Below, one piece after another: positions 23,787 through 37,077 of a stretch of DNA of 64,000 nt (the first letter of the stretch is position 1; each line of letters starts with the position of its first letter). The stretch comes from Geosiphon pyriformis uo1. Taxonomy: Eukaryota > Fungi > Glomeromycota. Made by a program: the position numbers and the translations under genes. The notes below the pieces were generated by a model. The model was not told where the DNA came from. It saw nothing but the letters and a program-made list of their open reading frames with translations, and ran no database searches. The DNA is taken from positions 248,001 to 312,000 of the forward strand of contig JAAOMT010000657.1 in the NCBI GenBank assembly GCA_016748015.1, written 5' to 3'.

Positions 23787-26700
23787 TCATACACTCACCT
23801 TCATACGTTTAACATTGGCTGCAAGCTTGGCTTCATCGTTGGATTTTCTAGCGCTACTCTTTCCTTGAATAGTATCAAGACTGAGACCAGGTATCTGAGG
23901 TGACAAGAGCTCCATTTTTAACTTCTGTCTCATGCCCCCTGCGGCGCTTCCAACCAGGTCTTCGTCAATGGTAATTTGAACAATTATTTTATCAAATAAC
24001 TTGATGCTCACGTTGTTAGTAGATGAATCAAGACTATTATTGCGAGGATTGTAAACAACAGGGGGGGCAGAAGCAGCGAGTGCGGTCTTCGTTGGAGATG
24101 AGTAAACAATACCTTCAATTCCATATCTGTGAAAAAATTCGAGTAGTTTTTTAGGATGGTGATTAAGAATACGGCAACAAGCCTTTCTTACCGTGGAACT
24201 AGTACAATAAATCCATTCTTGAGTATTCTCGTAACAAAGCCTTCTTCCTGTTCAATTTTATCCTTGAAAAAGATGTTTGTATGCAATTCAACTGAACTTC
24301 GAGCAGCCATTTGCGCCATTCTGTGACGATAATTTAACCCTAATAATAAATAAAGAAGCTAATTAATTGCTTTAAGATAATACAGCTTAAGCAGGAAGTT
24401 TGGATTGCAATTTACCCTCGCATAATGATTGCATCTTATGGATATCTGTAAGCTCGCTTCCATAAACTGAATTAGGTTCGATACAAGCGGCCAATAATCT
24501 GTGAACAATAACATCTGAAAGACAGTTGAGGAGTGAGTAGAGGGAAATTTAGTAAAAGGATATTTGTTATGGGTAATATTATAAAATTTTCAAAAAATAC
24601 CAGCATATCTTCTAATTGGTGATGTGAAATGTGTGTATATGTCCGACGCAAGGCCATAATGCCGAAAATTGGATTGGACGGTATTTCCGGCACAAAAATA
24701 GATAGCTTGCATCATACATCGCGTAGTCATTATTCGAAGAAGTTTATTGAAATACGGCTCATGCGGTAGCTAGAAATAATGAAAATGCTTTAAATGAAAT
24801 TGATCTGTTTAAAACTTTCATCATAGAAATTTAGAAGTTTAAAGGTTATACCTCAGCTTGGTTCAATGAATCAGCGAGGCTTTTCGAAGTGTCAAATTTT
24901 AGTGTAAAACCAAATGGAGCAATTGCTTTAGATAAGTTCTCCAAATTTGCGTTTGCGGGTGGTGGATGTCGTCTAATATAAATATTTTTTAGAAAATATT
25001 GAAATTTTAAAATTCGAAATTTTGATATACCTTAACAAGGAAGAACTCGGAAATTTGGAAAAAATTTTTTCGGCGACAGAGATGTTGGCAAGTAACATAA
25101 ACTCTTCTACAAGGGCATTTGTTTCCTTCAATTCCTTCAATTCTGTACATAATGAAGCATAATATCTGCAGAAGGGGAGGTTACTATTTGAAAAGTGATG
25201 ATCTTAAAGGATACCAACATCTACGGGATCCTGGGAATCATTTTCCAGTTGAAAACGAACTTCTGGGCTGGCCAGCGTCAGAGCACCACGTTCTAGACGT
25301 TTTGCGTGAAGCTTCTTTGCAAGTTGATTCAAAACTCTAATCCCATTAGTGAGGTCATCTTGTAATCGACTAATTAAAATTCAAAAATCTGGTTATGGAT
25401 ATCAATTTTCAAGACAACTATTATCTTCATATTGAAAAAAATCCAACCGGTCGTCGATACGCCTCTGAGCTTCCTCGTATGTCAGTGAAGCTTTAGACGC
25501 AATAACACTCTTGGTGAAATTTACACTGATAATCTCAGCCTCAGGATTAATTTCCTTTCAGAAAAGTATTATAGCCTAATTTAATGAAAATGATATTTAT
25601 ATGAAGGAAAAGCTAATCTTTTATTTACTTACCCACAAGCAAGAAAAGGCTAATCGATCAACATTCTCTTTAAGGGAACAAAGATCTACCGAATATGACG
25701 AACAGAAAAACCTCAGTAACAGGCAATTATCGAGAAATAACACTAAATTGATATTTCGCACCACTTACTGCTTCCCAACAAAAAAGGAATCATGTCAACA
25801 CGTTTGTTAACCAGATAAACGGTCGTTCCGCGATTTGCAGCTTCTTGATCAATGGCAGTTCCTGGCTTAAGGAAGTGAGTAACATCGGCAATGTCTTTGA
25901 AGATAACATAAATGTTATTTAGAAGTGTAAAGGTCTCAGAGAAAGTAACTGAATATTAAATGGTTAAAAATTCTCAAAACTTACGGACACCGACTTCAAA
26001 ATTACCATTAGGAAGCAGTCGGACGTGCAACGCATCATCAATATCCGTACAGCCTATAGTCTTGAAATTAGGATAATATTTATAGAACTATTATATGAAT
26101 ATACTTTGTTTTCATACCAGGTGGATCAATACTACAGATATTTAGATTCCGGAAATCTGCCCTGTTGCGTATATCGTCCTCAGTCATCTTCCAATTAGCA
26201 CCCTCGAAAGGCAGATCGTTCAAAACTTGCAGTGAAAAATCTTGATGCGGTACATCGTGTTCTAATAGCAAAACCTCAGTTTCAGTAGCCTTATCACCAG
26301 CCGCACCGAGAGCACGAACAAAATGCCCTTGCGGAAACCTAGTGATAACAAATACCAAATAGTTAATAAAGTAACCATTGAACTAATGAATGTAGTGTTT
26401 TTCATATAGCACCTGGAATCTTTTGGCCAAGAATCAATTGCGACTAGTATTCGTTGGCCCATTATATTTTGAGCCTGTCGCGTTCTAATTCGGATGAAAG
26501 GGATGCGCCTATCCATTGTAACGACTAACACATTTTCAGACATCTTTGAAGATATAGATCCTTGGACAGATTGTTTCTTGATAAAGCCACAATATCTAAT
26601 TTACAGTTAAGGTGATAAAATAACCAACAAGTATAGATGTGACAATCCTGCAAAAATAATTAGGATACGGTCTCCATTTTCTTTTGATGATTCCAACCAC

Positions 26701-28325
26701 TTTTCCAGTTGGTTGTGGAGGTAATGTTATCACCTCCTCGGGTTCAGAGATACTTTGTTTTTTTGAATCTTGATCTTCTTCGGTATCCATGCTCAAATTA
26801 CTTTCTTCATCTTAATAAAATTTATAGCTACGTTTTTAAGGAGTACTTATATTCAAACAGAAAAACACAATTTATAATATATAAAAATGGCTGACCCTCA
26901 TCCACCACAGCTGCCGTAGGTGTTCGAAGCCATTCAGATTTTGGAAGCAATTGAACAGCGACAACATCTCCTTGAATTGCTCGATTCATCGATGGACGAC
27001 CTATTATCATTATTTGAGTTTCTACTCCCTCTACGTTTGCCATAATAGACCCCTAGGCAATTTGATTATGAATATCTTGAATGAAGTTCTTTGAATAAAA
27101 CTAATACCACAATCCTCAAATCGTACCTCAAGATAATTATGGGTGCTGATACTCAAGCTTCCCTGATAAAAAGTTCCGGATTTGATTCCGTTTGCTATCT
27201 GAGCTGAACTCAGATGCTACATCATCATGAAATAGGAAAGAATAAAATCTAAATATATGCTTGTGAAATAACATCTGAAGCTTCCGATCATCTACCTCAT
27301 CATGTGTAAAATCTTTATCTTTCGTTTCTTGACTAGTGGATAAGTTGCTAAGCATGTCAGCCAATTCGGGACTATCAACCATAGATTCCACATACTGTCT
27401 TACTTTTCAAGCAAATATGAATGAGTTTTCGATTTAAGAATTCCGGATATTTTGATCAAGGTTTTTGTTTACCTGAAACAGCAATTAAATCATCTTTTGT
27501 TGCTTTTTCTCTGTTTCCAAGATCATCGGATAATAGTACTATTTTGACGGGTTCACGATTATTATTGAGAACTGCTAGATGGGTAGAATACCATTTTACA
27601 GCCATGCGTATAGCTATAAGCCAAATGAATTTATTAATTAGCTCAAGTTTCAAGCTTGTTTTGATGCATTTTTATTTTTAATACATATTCGATCATTATA
27701 AGATGCTAAATTGCTTCATCCAAAAATTAATTTATTGAGATGAAATGACAAACCTCTGTCATTTCTATCGTTTGGCGTTTCATCTTTTAATCTTTCTGTA
27801 TATGTTTCTCTTTGTATAGTGAGATATGAAAAATCAATTGAGATGGATTTGATAAAAGCCGACAATTCTCACAAAATTTAAAATTACCTATGATGTTCGT
27901 TAGAAAAAACATAAAAATGACGATCTTTATCGCTAATGATGTTTTTTAATCTATTGTAGATTGAAAGACTCAAATGTCGCAACTCTTCACATACAGTTTG
28001 CAAAACGATAACGTTTTGTATAGCTGGGTGCTCAATTATATCAATCTAGAAAAAGGAAGTACATGAATTTTTATAAACTCTATTTTTCAACAATAATCAT
28101 CAAAGTATATACCTGATTCATGAACACATTCGTATCTGCTATTATAAAGTGAGATTTGAATAATTGTGAAGCTGAAGGAGCCACAGTCAATGCTGGCTGA
28201 GTGTGTAAACACTTTGAACAAAACTCTGCTGAACACCAAATATCATCTCGCAAATAGTGTTCTTGAACAACTTTAACAGCATTCCCTTTTTTTGTACGTT
28301 TGATAAACCCTTTGGAGCGAAGCAT
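23787..28325 (-). CDS. DIS3: Exosome catalytic subunit DIS3/RRP44 (PIN + CSD + RNB + S1), many introns; 3' end may use a further exon
   Basis: [77 protein letters not shown]. Confidence 0.97.
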
Positions 28326-28513
28326 GTTCCCCACATATAATATGACTCGCAAAAATTTCGAACACCCAAGAATCAAATAATCTCTAATCACATTATCATG
28401 GATATTTTGCTAAGAATATCAGTACATCATGAATAATTAATCAGTTATGAAAAAATTTCTTTAACTATAAAATCTAGCTATACTTCATTTCTAAATAGGA
28501 CATTGAACACGCT

Positions 28514-29848
28514 TTACATTAATTTAGGATGCCAAAAAGGACGAGGTGATAATTTTCCTTGAAATACTACCTTCCCATCTGTATCTTTAGCTTCTGAAGC
28601 ATCAACAAATTGAAAATCCATTTCACCGGTTTTATCACTTATGGTAACATGCAGGAATCCAGGTTTTACTATTCCCCAATCTTTTCCCTTGCACCCCTCA
28701 CTTAATCTACTTCCACTGCCAGAAATAAAATGTGCCATTGGCGAAAAATCTTGAGGCCCCTTATATTCTAAAACATGATTATGTCCAGCAAAATATGCCG
28801 TAACACGATGTTTTTCAAAAAGTGGTTGAAGTCGATACATATAATGATTATCAATACATGAACCAATTAATGGATGATGCCCTATAAATTGAACTGTATG
28901 TTAAAAAGATTTAATAAAAAGGAACTATAACTTTGTGAAAGAAGAAACTCACCAACAACTAAAATCCATTTAGCATCTTGATTTTCGATCAGTTTTTGTT
29001 CAATCCATTTTATCTTTTCTTCAACAGCTGATTCGAGGTTCCAACCCATCATTAAAAAATTTTCCTTCATTACTTTTTTCGATTGATCAAGTTTATTATA
29101 ATCATAAAAGAAAAGATCAGTATCAATATGTATCCAAGCGATCTTAGTCCGGGTTGGTCCAATTACAGAGGTTCGAACGTAATATAAGGATGGAAGAAAA
29201 AAACGGGGGTTTTTGTTGAGACTGTAATCAATTTGCGCAGTAATATTATTATACCTTTTGAGTAATAAAAGTGAGTTAAAATTTTTTCTGATTTCAAATT
29301 TGATTTATAAAATATGACTAACCAATCATGGTTCCCAGCGACACTATACCATGGTATAGTTGATAACTTGCCCTTGTACACCTCCAGCCAAATAGTTTTC
29401 CATTTTTCATCCTCAACACTTTTAACACCTTGATAATCATAAACCCCACCCTCATAAAAATTATCTTTTTGAATCGATAAATTGAAATGGATAACAGGAT
29501 TAGTTTAAAATTTCAAACAAGGGCAATTTGCTTAATTTCTAAGAAATAGGCTTAACTAAAACTATGCTACTAATACGGACCGCCAACATTGATGATAAAT
29601 TTGCTATTATATTTGTCTGCATACTTTTCCATGGCGTTTGCCACTAATCGTTGTAATTCACCATTTTTGTCACCTTTTAAACCCAAATCCCCCCAATCAC
29701 CCACCACCAAGAAATCTAAACTTTCGTCTTCATAATGCTCTTTATAAACTTTTGAAGAAGGTTGAAGTATTAAAATGTCGCTCAAGCTTCTATTGAGTAA
29801 GAAGATAAAGAGGTAAAGGAACAATGAGTTTTTATAAAAGTAAAACAT
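28514..29848 (-). CDS. Purple/tartrate-resistant acid phosphatase-like metallophosphoesterase, multi-exon, probably secreted
   Basis: VGDWG, GDNFY, GNHD, VVGHHP, AGHNH motifs; hydrophobic N-terminus. Confidence 0.9.
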
Positions 29849-30891
29849 CTTTTGGTTCCCACAACATAGGATTGATGTTTAAAATATCACATCAATAAAG
29901 TCATCCAATCAGAGTGTTAAGAAATATTAGACCCCAAAATAATCTCTTATTAGAACCACTTGGCCGATTTATCAAAAGTGGCGTGGACAGCTGTGCAAGA
30001 TTAAAGACTTAATCTCCTTCAGTATGATTTTAATAATTTTGACAAGTTCAAAACGATTTGCTTTTACTCTATTGATTGACGTGAAAACTTTCACGAAAAT
30101 AGATAATGTACTATGTATAAAAGATCAAAAATAATTGCTGCAAAAATGGTAAATAGTTGACCCTTTTACAAGTTTTGGTTGACACCCTAAAGTTCCCAGT
30201 GACCAAATAGACTGTTGAGATTCAGCTTCTCAACGACAAATACCTGATATGTAATATCAGATATCATCTTAGTAAGGCCATCAGTCAGTGTGCGTGTAAC
30301 AACCCTCAGACGCGAGAATATTATTAGATCCAAAAATTAATTTGAAAATAGTAAATCACTTAGTAAAATAGTCAGATCCCAGAAAATAGTAGGGAATAGC
30401 CCTGTCCTGAACATTATTAAAACACTTGGAAAATCTTAAAAACTTAAATGTTCGGTAATAAGCACATTATCACATTAGATGAATTCTTAAGAAAATGATG
30501 GAGAAACACACTGTTTATATACAAGTACAAATTACCAAAGGCGCCGCGAATATTTACTAAAAGAAGGAAGATGAGAGAAACAATGAAGTTGTTTGATGAA
30601 GGGAAAATATTTTTAAGGTAAAGAATTTTATGTTCATAGTTGCTATCATAGGATAAAAAAAGTATTTCCCGTATACATTCTTTGACACCAAATGTGTGCC
30701 GAATATATATTGAGAAATAATTATGTACAAATGGGAGGAAAAAGCTCGATCAAAAACATATATTTAACAAAAGAAATTCTTGGGAGTTTAAAGGGTGGTG
30801 GATGCTATATTAACAAGATGGATATTCATAATAGAGGGGTGGATTAAAAGGTTGGATTTTAATAGATGGACGGGTGGATAGGTGGGAGGGT

Positions 30892-32702
30892 TCAATTTTG
30901 TAATCTTACTATTAAATTTTCGTAATTTGAAACAAGGCCAGTTCGAGTGTCATACGTTTGCATAAAACTGATCGGATTCGCACCTTGAATATCTACGCAG
31001 GGATTATTTCCTCCATTGTGGATATTTGTCGTATTCAATTGGTTCCATTGCGAAGAGCCAATAGCGTGGCAATCCAAATGAATTTTCGAATCGTTCTCAA
31101 TAATGGAAACTTTGGAAGATTTTAAATCAATTCCATTATTCCAAAATTGATTATCCTTGACATTTCCCCAAAACGTGGAGTTCAGATTTTGCCCTCGAAG
31201 ATATTGAGCTCCAGTTTGAGGGGCATATTCTGACTCATTGATTGTATGATGGATATCAAAGGAGAACGTACCCGATTGATCTGTTGGGTTGGATATGAAT
31301 TCTGCATCTCCATATTCTGAAATCTGCGAAAAAGAGTAAAAGTTGGCTGGTTCAGAAAATCTGCGTTTTACCTAAAAAATTTATAAACATTTGAAAAAAG
31401 TTAAAAGTTTTATTTAATGTCTCATGTTTTTTATAAGGATTACATTAATAATGATAAGTCACAAACCTGAGCAGGTACTGCGAGAAAATGGTGCATATTG
31501 GAATCATTATAAAAAGTTTGATCTTCGATAATTGTGGATAACGCTTGTTGCTGTCGATCAGTTTCGGAGACAATCTTTTCGCCCATAAAAGAGGTCATCA
31601 ATTCAGGTGGACAAGAATTGCGACGAGTATGATTAATCGAGGTGGAATCAAATGGATCGGATTGATCATCAAGGAGGGTATCTTCACTAATGACAGATCG
31701 AACGGTAGTTGGACTATAGTTATTATAACCATCAAAATAATCCGGAATTGTGTGATTAGATTGCGGGGTTCCAATCGACATAGATTGTGAATCTGTGATT
31801 GATATTTCAGTAGAAGTCTCGAGTGACATAGAGAGTAAGCTCCCGATGGGCATAATTTGGGTTTGATCGATTGAATCATAAACTTCGTTCGCTGATAGAT
31901 AGTCTGGGTGTGGAGATCGTTCAGTAATTGGTAAAGCAACCATATGTTGTTGCACCCAAGCTTCTACTTGAGGAAATTGACGTTGTTGTACCATAAACTG
32001 AAATTCTTCGTTTGTACCAGGAATTTGAATTGGTTCAATATTCGGTTTTGAACGAAGCGAGGTTTTGGGCTTTTGATGAGAACTCTCAGTATCCTCTGAA
32101 ACAATTTGTTCTACCAATACTGGTTTGTGCTCTTCTGAATAAAATGGATCATCATACGAACAAGAAAACTCCTGTTCGTCCTTAATTTGAGAGCAACTCT
32201 TTTGAGGATCAATCAAAGATGACTCATCTTCACAAGAGTCAACTTTTAAGATGTTATTCAAGCAATCATCAGTCGAACAGTTTTGAGCCAAATTATGATT
32301 TGAGAACGGATCTTCTGGCTCTTGTTCAAAAGGGCTTTCAGGCGTTAGACCTTCCTGAACGTCCGATTGATCCCCATCAAAATATTTGATTTTTTTTGCT
32401 TTAGCACGACGGTTTTGAAACCACACCTGGACACCCCTAGGTGTCATATTCAATTTTTGTGCTAATAACTGTCGCACGGAAGAGTGAGGTTTGGGATTTT
32501 CGGTGAAGGTTTTTTCCAACGATTTAAGTTGGTAACGAGACGTCCTACGACGGTGTTTAACCTCAAACGGGTTATAAAATGTCGGTTTGAATTCGCCATG
32601 AGGGGACTGAGGAAAGGCGTCAAACATTTGCGGGACTGGATGAAGTTGGTTAGAAGCGGAAAGTGTCTGCCCTTCTAAAAAACCTTTTTCCTTATGGTTC
32701 AT
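30892..32702 (-). CDS. Homeodomain transcription factor (Hom2-like), ~571 aa; exons 32702-31467 and 31371-30892
   Basis: FYNPFEVKHRRRTS...RGVQVWFQNRRAK; a GT..AG intron 31466-31372 keeps the frame to TGA 30892. Confidence 0.9.
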
Positions 32703-33212
32703 TTGTAGTCTCCTCTCTTCACGCTGGTAGCTCTAGGCTAGAAACGGTAGTGCCAACAAAAGGAAGGAAATGTTTTTTTCAAGGAGAAAAGTTTCGAAGA
32801 AAGATTCACCAATATCCTTTGATCGGCACATTACATTCTATCAATAAAACCTATCTTGAACGGAATATTGTAATGCGTAGTGCCAAAATAATTGGATTTC
32901 TTAAATTATATGATTTTATTGCCATTTGTTCATACAGTCAAGCTTTTTTTTAGTGCACATTCTTGCTAATTACACATCCTAATTTCAGGACTCTAAATAC
33001 ACACCTTCTGTATTTTATATGCGCAAAAGATTTTGCGGTCCCGATATTTACATTAATAGACTAATGCAATATATAAAAATTAATACATGTAATAAGATTT
33101 AATAAAAGCCTATATAATAAGCAGGATTAATTTACAGCTTTGTAATTAACTTAAAGATAAAGCTGTAGTTTAAAAAATTTTTAAAATGAAACTTATTTTG
33201 TTTTTAACATAT

Positions 33213-33857
33213 TGTTACGGATTGGAGTAACAAGCTAACAGATACCAAGAGAGAACAGGATTGTAGGGTGATGGAATTAATCAAAGAGGATTCAACTTCA
33301 AGGAGCGAATTGAATGAGTATGGATTCAATGTGCGAGATCAGTCTCATAAAATATCTCAGTCGCTATTCTTTTCAAAGGATAATTGGGGAATCTGAAGGT
33401 AGAGAGATTAGTCCATACTGTCAACAAATGATAACACACTGGTATAATTCTATGCCTCATGTCGGTGCTCTTAGAATTTGATATCAGATATCAAATGTAC
33501 TCTTCAGTCACGTTTTATTCAATAATCTTCAAATGCTACAATTATATGAGTCAGGAAAAGGGTAGGTAAATGCCAACAAGTAATTTTTTATCCCAAGATG
33601 TTTGGATACTTGAAGGTAAGGAAAAGGGAATAAGTGATAGGAGAAGAATTGAGATGATAGTTGTTATTTTATTTATTCTTGATTAATTGCTACATATTTT
33701 TCTGCAGTTAAGAGACTCATCACTTATATAGCTATTAAAAGTGGTTAGGTTATTGATCAGGTCAATGATCACTATCTAAAAATAGAGTGGTTAATTATGT
33801 GACATCAGTAGTTAATACATGTGATAATTAATAAAACTATGGTTTTTAACTGTAATA
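33213..33857 (-). repeat. 3' LTR of C3 (~645 bp), least mutated C-family LTR
   Basis: tgttacgg...ctgtaata; homologous to 19677-20325 and 21723-22335. Confidence 0.88.
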
Positions 33858-36800
33858 TTATTCTCTCCAAAGAGATTGAGCTCTGGCGAAATCAAGCTAT
33901 TTATGAGATAATTTAATTGAAGGATTTTGTCTAATTTAAAACTAACTAGTTTGGTGAAGTTTTTTGGGGTAAAATAAGTTTTGTATTCAAAAGACTAACT
34001 CTTTATATAAGAGTTTTGGTTCTTCTGACAATAATTAAAATTCTTGGAATATCTAATTATATAATACCCAAAATTTCCACTTGTATCTCTAAAGTTGTTT
34101 TTTTTATGAGCTTTATGTCTTTTATGATTTTACCAAGATAACTATAAAGCTTTAGTTGTCTTTTATATAATAGGTTTTTGTCTATAAATAAGATTTTTTT
34201 AATCATTTTTTCAATTGTAATAGAAAGTAAAAGTATTGTTGCTATAATGTTTTTAAGCAGATACTTATCTAATTTACTATTAATTTTTTCTTTTTTGGTA
34301 ATAATTTTCTTTGGTCTAATAACAGTATATGTTTTACTATTATCAATTATGGTGGTTTGTTTTCTAATAATTAGAGTAGTATTTGAATAATTTTTGATTC
34401 AATACTTATAAAGAGTATAAAAAACATTTTGAATGTTTTGATCCAAAAAATAATTGTTTATGTCAATTAAAAATACTTTTGTTTTGAGAATAGTGTATTT
34501 ATTTATATCTGATTTTTGCTGATTATTTGAATTAGTATTACTACAACAAATAACTAATCAGATTATTTGTAATATTTCTTAAGTTACATACCATAAACAG
34601 AGTAATTATTAAAAATTGTTTTATATTGATTTTGTAAGATATAAAAACCATTGTTTAAAACTTTGTTAATTATAAAAAGTCTTTTTTATTAGCTAAAAAA
34701 TTTATTACTATAGATATTGTCTTTGTTTTAATAATATTCTAAAACTAAGTTATTAATATTTAAAAAAGTGTTTTATAGATTTTTTTTTTTTAAGCTTTTT
34801 TTAGAACTGTTTTATTTTTTTAAAAACAATTATTTATGTTTCTACTAAAGAGTCAAAAATAGTACCAAGTCTTTTTTGCAAAATATTTTTATAATTTTTT
34901 ATTGTAATTTTTTCAAAAAGTATTGTCTTAATATTAGTTTTTATTGATAGAGTTGCCATTTATTCATAGAACAGATAAAAAAGTTTATAACTTGTTATGT
35001 TATAATTCATAGTTCTATAAGAAAACAAAATTAAGAGCAGTATTTTGTCTTATAAGTTTGTTTTTTTACTGGTTTTGGTTAGAGTTTTACATAATATTCT
35101 ATTGAAATGTTTTATTAAGTTATTTGTTTAGAAGTAATAAAGAAAAAAAAGTTTATAATATATTCTTATTTTTTTACAAAGTTTTTTAACCAGTATATTG
35201 AGAAAAGCTTTTTCTTTATTAAATAAAATTTTTTTGAAGCAGTTATAATAACAAATAATATCTTTATAAATAAAGTTGACAATAGAGACTGTTGTTTGAT
35301 CTGAAGTGATTTTTGCTTCTATTAACTTTGTAAAATAGTCAATAGTTGTGATAATATATCTATTGCCATCAGAAGTTATTGTTAAAGATCTAACAACATT
35401 TATACCAATTCTGTCAAATGATTAACCAACAGAGATTAAATAATATCTTTTTTTTAATTGGGTTTTTTTCTTCTTTGAAAAATATTACAGATTTTAATGT
35501 ATTTAGCAATTTTTTTTTCCAAGATAGACAAATAATAATAAGCAAATGTTTTCTGAATTGTTTTTGATTTTCCAAAGTGTTTAGCTAATAGATTAGTATA
35601 TATGTTATAGATCACAATTTTTTTTTCTTTAAATCTGATGACTCTTTAAAAACAGTAAGAATTTTTTCTATTTTTTTTGTATAGTTAATTTTAACAGATC
35701 AAATAAAAATTTGATTGTTTTTACAAATGTTTTTTTTGTTGTTGAATATAATCTGATGGATATTGTTTTTATCCAAAAATTTTATTAAGACAGAATAATT
35801 ATTCAAGTTTATTATTATGTTTGTTTTAAAAAAGAGTTACTAATAATTAAATTGATTTGGTTTGAAAAAATTGTACTATTATTGGATGGCAGGTCTAGAA
35901 AGAATGTTAGTATTTTAATAATGAGCTTTTTTATAATGTTGTATATTATAATTGAATTTATTCAAGTAAAGTATTTAGCAAATTATTTATTTGTGTTCCA
36001 GCTTTTTTTTTTTGTATAGCTAAACCAAAGCTTAATAATCTGTTACTATTAAAAATTTGGCACCAAAAAGATATTTATCCCAATAACTAATAACATATAC
36101 TACTGCTAGATATTTTTGTTTAGTAATTAAGTAGTTTTGTTCTGCTAAAAAAAGTAATTGACTGACATAAGCTATAATATGCTTTTTGTTATCTTTATTT
36201 TTTGGAAGAAAACAGTATCAAGTTCAAAACCAGATATATTAGTATGGAGAATAAAAAATTGGTTCAAATTAGATTGCATAAGAATTGGTTCAGTGATTAG
36301 TTTTTTTTTAGAGTTTTAAAAACTTTTTGCTAATGTATGCTTCAGTAATAATTAACAGTTTTTTTGAATAGCTAATTAAAAGAAAAGGCGATTTTGAAAA
36401 ATTTTTTGACAAATTTGTAATAATAAGAGGCCAAATCAAAAAAAGAACATAATTCATGAATATTTATTGATTGTTTAATGTTCTGAACTTTTTTAATCTT
36501 GGCAAAATCAGAAAAAATTCCATTTTTTGTAATAAAATAACTAAGGAACTGAATAGATTAATGTTCAAAGAAAGATTTAATTAGATTAATTTTGAGACCA
36601 GCATTTCTGAAAAAATCAAAGATCTTTTGCAAATTTTCAAGATGTTTATTTTAGATTTTTGAGTATATTATTATATTATTCAAGTAAACTAGAACAAAAT
36701 TTTTCTTGACTGATTTAAAAACTTTGTTCATGAAATATTGAAAGATAAGAGAAGCATTAATAAAACCAAAGAGCATGATTGTAAATTCATATGTGCTATA

Positions 36801-37077
36801 CTTAATAATAAAGATGGCTTTTTTTCTGCTTTTAAAATTCATCTTTACTTGTTAAAATTCAGTAGTCAAATTAATAGTTGAGAAGAAAACAGCACTATTG
36901 AATTAATCTAACATTAGATTAATTTTGAAAAGTAGATATATGTCTTTTTTAGTAATGATATTTAATTAGTAGTAGTTAATACAAAAGTATAGAATTCCAT
37001 TTTTTTTGAATACTACTACAACTAAAAAAGCCTATTTACTCTTGGTTTTTTGTATAAATCCAAGATTTTTTATCTAG
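33213..37077 (-). mobile_element. Element C3: 3' part (RT, RH, IN, ORF3, PPT, LTR) of a C-family gypsy; host of F and G
   Basis: RT FVLVYL(DD)IIIYSK 36651-36842; PPT at 33858-33868 (minus). Confidence 0.9.

Noticed and set aside
30892-32702. Homeobox gene as an HD1/HD2 mating-type locus
   Set aside because: Single homeodomain gene with no partner; neighbours are DIS3 and a phosphatase
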